Shown in pieces: positions 54,606 to 64,000 of a DNA stretch of 64,000 bases; the stretch's first letter is position 1, and every line of letters begins with the position of its first letter. A program made the translations under genes and the position numbers. Origin of the DNA: Chrysomallon squamiferum (taxonomy: Eukaryota; Animalia; Mollusca). Location: positions 7,378,001 through 7,442,000 of the forward strand of contig CM022666.1 in NCBI GenBank assembly GCA_012295275.1. The letters run 5' to 3'. The notes beneath the pieces are model-generated. The model saw nothing but the letters and a program-made list of their open reading frames with translations. It was not told the origin of the DNA and searched no databases.

Positions 54606-54687
54606 GACATACACACATACATACACACAGACACACACACATTTTTATTATTATATATACATGCATTTATATAAATATATATATATA

Positions 54688-54737
<50 letters not shown>

Positions 54738-54758
54738 CACATACATGCATTTATATAA

Positions 54759-54793
<35 letters not shown>

Positions 54794-55985
54794 TTTTTAT
54801 TATTATATATACATGCATTTATATAAATATATATATATACACACACACACAGGCACACACACAGACACACACACATACATACACACAGACACACACATTT
54901 TTATTATTATATATACAATTTATATAAATATATATATACAACATACATACACACACACACACACATACATATACACACACACACACACACATACATACAC
55001 ACAGACACACACACATTTTTATTATTATATATGTATATGCATTTATGGTAAATATATATATATATACACACACACAAACACACAGACACACACACAGACA
55101 CACACACATACAAACAAACAAACAAACAAACAAACAAACAAACAAACAAACAAACAAATGAACCCACAGAGACAGGTTTGTATATTCTGGTGAGGTCTGG
55201 TATCTAACGAAAATTAAAAATAAACAAACTAACAAACAAACAAAAAATATGGCTCCTGTCTCAAACAAACAAACAAATATATAAACAAACAAACAAACTC
55301 AAACAAACAAACAAACTCAAACAAACAAAAAATTATAAATAAACAAACTAACAAACAAACAAAAACAAATATAAAACAAACAAACAAACAACAAACAAAC
55401 AAATAAATATATATAAAACAAACAAAAACTACAAACAAATATATAAATAAACAAACAAACAAAAACAAACAAATATATAAATAAACAAACAAACTAACAA
55501 ACAAACAAACAAACAAATATATAAATAAACAAACAAACAAACAAATATATAAATAAACAAACAAACAAACAAACAAACAAACAAATATATAAATAAACAA
55601 ACAAACTAACAAACAAACAAACAAATATATAAATAAACAAACAAACTAACAAACAAATATATAAATAAACAAACAAACTAACAAACAAACAAACAAATAT
55701 ATAAATAAACAAACAAACTAACAAACAAACAAACAAATATATAAATAAACAAACAAACTAACAAACAAACAAACAAATATATAAATAATTGAAACAAAAA
55801 TAAATAAAGACACTACTGTGATCATCATTTTCAATCTTACTTAGGTCAGGTGAAATAGTAAAATCTGTGATCAGTATTTCTGAATCTCATTATAAATACA
55901 TAATTTAGGCCAAATAAAAATACAAAACTGGTCTGGTGATCAACAATTTTTAATAATTATATTTACATTAGGCCAAAAAAAAATA

Positions 55986-56016
<31 letters not shown>

Positions 56017-56733
56017 TTCAAAGTGCATGGATTATCATTGTGGATCTCAATACATTATATTAGGCCAAGTCAAACAAATAATTTGGTTTTTCGTCCTTTT
56101 TTTTATCTCTTAAACTATGATTCAAGTGGTGGGTAAATGCATCAGACAGAGTTTGACTTGCCACAAGATTCTCATCATCAAGAAATTCTTCATGCCATGG
56201 GTCACCTAGACTCATGTCCTTCAGTTTCTTTTGTACTGAAAAATAACAATGTCAAGTATTAAAGGAAAGAAAACAACTTGTAATGGAAACGTTTTCTTCT
56301 AAACAGCAAAGACAAGTTACAATCTGCTGAGTAAAAAAAATGTATTTATTAAAATTTATTATTTCTCTGAACTAAAATTCATTTTTTAAATTTTATAAGT
56401 ATTTTCTAGCCTAGATAAGAAATAAATATAAATTTTTATTTTTTTATTTTTTTTATTCATTTATTTATTTTTTTATTTTTTATTTATTTTTTTATCCTTT
56501 CAACATAAATTACTTAGTTTTTTTTTTTTTTTTTTTTTTTTTTTCTGTTTATCAATTTGTCTGACTGATTCTCAATTTGTTTGTTTGTTATGAAAAGGTA
56601 TAAATTTAAGTATGAATCAAAACAGATCTAACCAAAATAAATACACTTATTTATTTATTTATTGTAAGCATGTGTGTGTATATTTTTTTGTGGGATAATA
56701 ATATGAAATTCCAAAATTATTTATTCATTCATT

Positions 56734-56792
<59 letters not shown>

Positions 56793-56954
56793 TCAAATTC
56801 CAAAAACTCACTTTTCCTCCTTTCTTCAGTAACCTGACTGGGACTTCTTCGTTTTGATTTTAAACTGTCTGTAAATATAAGCTGAAAAAAAAAAACTAGT
56901 TTTACAATATGTGTCTATCTCATTTTTCTTTATCAACCTTTCATTTTGAGATTT

Positions 56955-57047
<93 letters not shown>

Positions 57048-57771
57048 CAGGCAAACTTTTTAAAACAGAGGCTGGATGGATCTTGTAGGAAGAACATGAG
57101 GGCCAGAATAGGAAATGAGAACAAAAAAGATTTCAAAACATGTATTTTATTTAAATAGTAAATTCACTTTTAACAAACATTAGAGGAGTTGATGAGGTGG
57201 GTGTTGTTGCATACCAAAGCAGTGATTCAGTGTCAGGTTTAACTGATGTTGAGGACAAGCGAAGAATGTCACAGAGTTTGCATATTTTGAACTGAGTGAA
57301 GCAAGCAGCCGTTCAAAATTCAGATGCAGGCACTATTCGAAGTGTGCCTTCAAGACACCTAAAATTTTAAACTTGAGTGAGACTTGAATAAAAAAATAGC
57401 TGTGTCACCTGACTTTATTTTGCTGTCTTGTGAGCTGGATGGCAATGTTAATTGTGAACTGTTTGGCAGTCCAGACAATAAACATTTGCAGGCCAGAGTT
57501 TACCTGTCCCTGATTTATTCATTCTTCTTTCATTCTTCTTTCATTCATTCATTCTTTTTTGTCCATTTATTTGATAAATAACTCATTAACTTGTTTATTC
57601 ATTCATCAGTTATCCATTCATTCATTCATTCTTTCTTATGCTCCCTCGTTCTGTTGACCTACTTTTGGTTTCTCTGTAGTGGATGGTGTGTACATGGATT
57701 TCTTCATGTCAAGCTGAAATTTTTTCTCAGGAATAAACCAGCCAAAACCAAACTGATAATTACTGCAATAA

Positions 57772-57814
<43 letters not shown>

Positions 57815-57838
57815 TAAAAAAAAATAAGACAAAATAAG

Positions 57839-57870
<32 letters not shown>

Positions 57871-57887
57871 AAATAAAAAAAAAAAAA

Positions 57888-57918
<31 letters not shown>

Positions 57919-58298
57919 AAAACAAAACAAAACAAAATAAAATAAAATAATTAATTAAAACCAAAATTGCCAGATAAATAAAAACTAAATTAATAATAAA
58001 AAAAAAAAAAAATAAATAAATAAATAAAATTAATAAATAGATTTCTTATATAAATAAGACACAAGAATTAAAAATAAATGAAATAGTAATAATAAATAAA
58101 TAAATAAAACTTGCAAAATCCAAAACCAAAAGAAATTAAAACTATATAAAATTATTATTATTATTTTGGTTTGTTTGTTGTTGTTTGTTTTGGGTTTTTA
58201 AAATTTATTATTATTATTAATAAATTTAAATGCAGATCAGTAATGAAAAAAACAATTGTTACACTAGTAACAACAATAACAACAATAATAATAATATA

Positions 58299-58343
<45 letters not shown>

Positions 58344-59502
58344 TAATAATAATAATAAAAACAATAACAACAAGAATAAAAACAGCAACAATAATAATGT
58401 TTTACCTATATTAATATCTACATATAATACTAATTATCTACATATAAATTAATTAGATTTCATATTTTCAAACCTAATAAAAAATAATTATATTTTCATT
58501 CTAAACATTATTAATACAAATCTGTTTGCAGTTATATAAACAAGTTGTATGTATATTTTTGAACCTAATAACATAATTATATTTTTATAATGAATCTCAA
58601 TAGAGACATTAATAACTGAAATCTACTAAGTATCAGGTTTAAATCTATGGAATGTACTGTCCTGTCATTAAAAAAATACACATTCTTACCTGTCGTATTT
58701 CCACCTATTGATAAAACCTTTCTTATCTACAGTGACCATGCTGTTCATGTTGTCAATGAAGCCGATGTGAATGATGGGGTTGCGATGTTCACGAAAAAGC
58801 TCCGCCTCCAAATTCTGACCAATCAGATTTAGTTCATGAGCCTCATTCTGAAAAGTAATTTGCATATATATTTTAAGTATTTTAATAAAATTAATGTTTG
58901 TTTTTTGCCCTTCCATGGCATTTGTTTGTACACATAAAATTGTATTTAAAGAGAAAACATTATACAAGATAATTGTTTTCACTGGCTCTATAGCTCAGTT
59001 GGTTAGAGCGTCTGCCTAGTAAGCAGAAGGTCGAGTGTTCGAATCCCTCTGGAGCCTACATTATATTTTTTAATTTGTTTTATTTATTATTATTATTAAT
59101 TCAAAACCAAATACATTTAATCATTCTTAATTGCAAGAAAAAAAAATGTTCCTCTTTTTTTTTTTTTTTTTAAATTTATTTGTTAATACTTTAACCAAGT
59201 TACTTTCTTAGAAAGTTAATCATTCTGTTATTTCTTTTTTTTTTATGAATAATTGCATTTTGAGATGACATGGGTTTAACTTGTATTAACAGTGGCTCTA
59301 TAGCTCAGTTGGTTAGAGCGTCTGCCTAGTAAGCAGAAGGTCAAGTGTTCGAATCATTCTGGAGCCTTAATAACAATTTTTTTTTTTTTTTTTTTTTTAT
59401 TTTATTTTATTTTATTGTTTTTTTTTGTTTGTTTGTTGTTGTTTTTTTAATTATTGCTGTTTGTTGGTTTTTCCAAATATTGTTTTTCCAAATATTTTCA
59501 AT

Positions 59503-59533
<31 letters not shown>

Positions 59534-60151
59534 GTTAGTTAGTTAGTTAGTTAGTTATTTTTTTTCATTCATTCAGTCATTATTTTCATTTCTGTACACA
59601 CAATACATACATAGATGTTTTGGTGAAATATATATGGAGCTTCTGAATAGACAATATCATCGTCTACTCTGTCAGGTGGCGCTGTCAGAGGTTCCAAGTT
59701 GCATTTCAACATGTCTCCATTGTCAAGAGCAACACAAACACCATGCTGCAAAGGTGAAAGAAAAACACAAGTAACAAATTATAATAATATTATATACTAA
59801 CTTATGTACTAAAGATTAAAATAGAAAAAGCCATTTAGAAATATATTATATTTATTATTCAAAAAAAAAAGAAATTTTATGATTTCTGTTTTGTATTAAT
59901 TGAATTTTTTTGCTAGTGTAAATAAACTAGATAAACTGAGCTGCTATTAAAAATAAATTTAGACATTTTTTTTTTAATCTTTTTATTATCTGTATTATTA
60001 TTGTTGTTGTTTTTTTAATTTTTAATTTTTAAAACCAAATGATTTACCACTGTTTGTTTGTTTACTTACTTTTATTTATTTATTTGTTTGTTTGTTTGTT
60101 TGTTTGTTTGTTTGTTTGTTTGTTTGTTTGTTTGTTTGTTTGTTTGTTTGT

Positions 60152-60226
<75 letters not shown>

Positions 60227-61317
60227 CCTGTGTACCCATGAATGTGAAGCTAGGAAAGAAAGCTGCTTTCACTGGACCATATTTTCCTACCAGAGTCTCC
60301 TGTTCAGCAAATGGACCTGCAGAAACATCATCATCATCAACATCATCATCATCATTATCATCATCATTATCATCATCATTATTATCATCATTATTATCAT
60401 TATCAGTATTATCAGCATTAGTATCATCATTATCATAATTATCTTCATCATCATTATCATCATCATTATTATATCATAATCATTATTACTAACATCATCA
60501 TCATCATCAACAACATCATTACTATCATCATCATCATCAAAATCACTGTCATTTTCATTAAATTAACCATCATCAAAATCAGCAGCATTATTAACATCAT
60601 CATCCTCATAATAACCATCGCTTTCATCAGTACAATTATCATCATTAAAGTCATCATTGCGATCATATTTATTCACATTACTTTCAATACCCATTATCAA
60701 TCATTCTTCCACATATCATTATCCTTCCTTATTTTTTTTTTAGTCCTCACTTCCTTCATGCTTCCTAAGTGCTCCTTACCTTGTTGGAATGTGAAATCAT
60801 GCTGGTCGACGTCTAGAACGACGATTCTTGCTAACTGTTGGGGTACATAGCCTTTGGAGTCTGCTTGGATGTTGAGAGATTTGAGATCAGACCTTCGCAC
60901 ATTTCCACCATCAAACGCCCAAACTTGAAGTGATCCCTGTAATGAGGAATGAATGAATGAGAGACAGAGTGATGAATGAATGAATGAGATAGAGTGACGA
61001 ATGAATGAATGAGAGATAGAGTGATGAATGAAAGAATGAGAGACAGAGTGATGAATGAATGAATGAGAGATAGAGTGATGAATGAATGAATGAGAGACAG
61101 AGTGACGAATGAATGAATGAATTTAAGAACAAGGAATAATGGATGAACAGACTGAATGAAAATGATGGATTGATGGATGGATAGATATATTGAAAGAAAG
61201 CATGAAAAATATAATTATACCTATATATTTATTTATAATTATATTGAAATAATAGATTTATATACATGTATTTGTATATAAAATAGAAAACAAATTGTTT
61301 TATATATGTATGTATGT

Positions 61318-61388
<71 letters not shown>

Positions 61389-61952
61389 ACACACACACAT
61401 ACATACATGCATACATGCATACATACATACATATATATATGTACATACACACATATACATACTCACACACACACACACACACACCTCCACATAATATTAA
61501 TTATTTCACAATGGAAAAGGTATCTTTAAAATAATGTTTATTATAAAGAATTAAATTTACTTTAAATAATCATTTCAATCAGAAAGAAGATAAAGAAAAT
61601 AGTACCTTTCTATTTATAGAAACCAGACGCGAACTGTCCAAACTCCATGAGATGTCAGTGACACTGTCGTCATAGTTACTGGTGTTCTGAATCACTCGGA
61701 TTGGTCTCCAAGGCTCCATCAAGGTGTCATACACTATAATATCACCTGCAACAAACACTCTTATTGTTTAACACCTGTTCCCTCACCAGTCAGGTAAAGT
61801 ATTTAAATTTACTGAAATACTACAAATCAGAAAGCAAAATACTTTTGTATATATTCAGTTTTTTTCACAATAAAATACATCTAGATACATAGATACATAG
61901 ATACTTAGACAGATAGACAGACAAATAGGTAGATAAAGAGACAGACATAGAC

Positions 61953-62015
<63 letters not shown>

Positions 62016-62035
62016 TAGATAGACAGACAGAGAGG

Positions 62036-62071
<36 letters not shown>

Positions 62072-62079
62072 TAAATAGA

Positions 62080-62131
<52 letters not shown>

Positions 62132-62143
62132 GAGGTAGATAGA

Positions 62144-62179
<36 letters not shown>

Positions 62180-63622
62180 TAGACAGACAGAGAGGTAGAT
62201 ATATAGATAGACAGACAGACAGATAGATAGACAGACAGACAGATAGATAGATAGACAAATCAATAAGCAGACAGGCTAACAGACAGACAGACATACAGAA
62301 AGACAGACAGACAGACTCACCATGTACAGTACCGACAGCCACAAATCTTTGATCAGGTGATGTACTTGTAACCGAGGTTCCTCGACACCTGGCACCCAGT
62401 GTGAGTCGAAACACTTCAGCACTGACACCCTGAAACATTAACATTCATCAGCAGCTAAATCAGATAAATAACTGCCGCATTAGGCGATGGATCCTGAGCA
62501 AGTCAAAACATCCTCTTTTTGTTTATTGGGGGTTTTTTGTTTTTAAATTAAACATAAAATTATATTTTAACATGTTGCTTCAGTTAAGTGGAAACATTTC
62601 TGTGCATTTTGAATTTTGTTTTTAAATTAAATATGTAAAATAATATTTAAAAAAAATGTCATGAAAATAATTATTGTTTTACAATTTTTACAGTTAAATA
62701 TGAAATTGCATGGTTTCCTGGTTTAAGCTGAAATATGATCATGGGCTAAATCCTTAATATAAAATATTCATTCTTTTTTTTTTATTAAATTTAAAATTAT
62801 TTTATCATCTGCTCCTTAAGTTTAATTATAAACACCTGAATTAGCAATAAAGGATTTTTTTGTATGCACCCACTCAAGATAGGCAGAAATGTTTTTATTA
62901 AATTTTTATAAAGCAGAAAACATACTGGTGAGTTAAAATGTGTATGTCATTATAATAAAATTATTGTTGATGATGTTATTTTTACCTTCCAGTAGGCCAG
63001 CTCTCTTCTCACATACACCTCAGCATGTCTTTTTCTTTCTTTCACATCTGGAGGATCATGTTTCGATACTTCATACTTCCGCAGGTTTGTAGGTGTAATG
63101 TGGTCGAAATTGATTTTTTCAACATCACCATCAATTATCTCCCCTTCCCTGTCAAGAGATGATAACTATGATGTAAAAGTAATTTGAAAACAAAACAAAA
63201 AAAAAATTTAAAGATGAGATAATTCTGTTTACCTAATAAATAATTTAAAAATATAAACTTATTATTTCAACTTATGCACTGGTTATTTTCCATACCATGA
63301 CAAGAGGAGATAACTACGATACAAAAAATAATTAAATTATAACTTTTTATTTATTTATGAAAAGGAGATAACTGAATATAAAAAAAAAAAAAGAAATAAA
63401 AAAAGATATAAAAATTTCCTTGGAACCCTAGCTGGAACTGTAAATAGACCAGTGAGAGGGACTGAAGCTAGTGCTTTAGCACTGAGATGCACCACACCCT
63501 CTGGTTTTGAAAATGTAAACATGTAAGTAAGTAAACAAAGAAATACATACTCTTCTTCTTCTGGTTCCTGTTCATCTTTCTTCATCAACTGAAGCTGTTG
63601 TGAGTGTTTCCAAACGTCCTTT
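48743..63622 (-). CDS. Uncharacterised WD40-repeat-containing protein, 3' portion (>15 exons; continues beyond the window)
   Basis: Exons include 63622-63551, 63148-62986, 62429-62321 ([20 protein letters not shown]), 61745-61606 (DIIVYD...[19 protein letters not shown]), 60936-60780 (GSLQVWA), 60316-60228 and 58847-58690 ([10 protein letters not shown]...[15 protein letters not shown]). Further exons lie near 59.7, 57.7, 56.8, 56.2, 54.0, 53.0, 52.1, 51.4, 50.55 and 50.05 kb; the last exon is 48772-48743 (VNSENVLQD*). Some internal junctions are unresolved. Confidence 0.8.
54360..55790. repeat. Compound minisatellite: (catttttattattatatatacatgcatttatataaat+(TA)n(CA)n) units, then (aaacaaatatataaataaacaaacaaactaac)-type units
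   Basis: Direct inspection; intronic in the WD40 gene. Confidence 0.9.
58984..59057 (+). tRNA. tRNA-Thr(AGT), in WD40 gene intron
   Basis: Identical to the 27586 copy. Confidence 0.88.
59294..59367 (+). tRNA. tRNA-Thr(AGT), T-arm variant (AAGTG/CATTC)
   Basis: Same body; the T-arm resembles the 29802 variant. Confidence 0.75.
61880..62315. repeat. (GATA/GACA)n compound microsatellite
   Basis: Direct inspection. Confidence 0.95.
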
Positions 63623-63626
63623 CTAG

Positions 63627-63660
<34 letters not shown>

Positions 63661-63717
63661 AATAATAATAACAACAATAATAATAATAATATATTAATAA
63701 ATTAATAATGATAATAA

Positions 63718-63758
<41 letters not shown>

Positions 63759-63780
63759 ATTATTAATTAAATTAAAATTA

Positions 63781-63826
<46 letters not shown>

Positions 63827-64000
63827 TCAGTTATTATTGTTTCTGCTGCTGTCAAAATGGTATAGTTCAGTAAAAAGAGAAAAAAAAAAAGAAATCAAAG
63901 ATGAAAAAAATGGTTATATACATTTATTAATTAAATAATTTTGTTTGTTGTTGTTGTTGTTGTTGCAAAACACATGATAAAAATTGTCAAATATATTTTA

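Noticed and set aside
57170-57510. Complex-sequence island in a WD40 intron as an extra exon or transposase relic
   Set aside because: Flanking exons join in frame without it, and no convincing ORF or motif was recognised.

Overview
AT-rich, microsatellite-dense animal genomic DNA with GT-AG introns. It is probably a mollusc/gastropod, inferred from repeat style and gene content rather than proven. Most ORFs in the supplied track are translated microsatellites. Manual splicing gives six genes: (1) a NACHT-LRR (NLR-like) gene with degenerate ATPase motifs (+, 2108-5035); (2) an unannotated 105-aa secreted prepropeptide with an acidic pro-region, an RRRR furin site and a His/Arg-rich cationic tail (-, 7662-8634); (3) a 7-exon homocysteine S-methyltransferase (-, 22155-29035); (4) a multi-exon gene whose product resembles an IL-1/IL-18-family beta-trefoil cytokine in motifs and intron positions (+, ~33054-36080), with its last two exons triplicated in a ~1.57-kb tandem repeat; (5) an 8-exon pancreatic-lipase-like gene with one frameshift (-, 40935-45809); (6) the 3' part of a large WD40-repeat gene (-, 48743 to >63622). 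Eight full-length and four decayed tRNA-Thr(AGT) copies lie between 27.5 and 59.4 kb. There is also a 1.45-kb foldback inverted repeat and several minisatellites. The most notable candidate is the invertebrate IL-1-like cytokine, in the same neighbourhood as an NLR and a candidate antimicrobial peptide.
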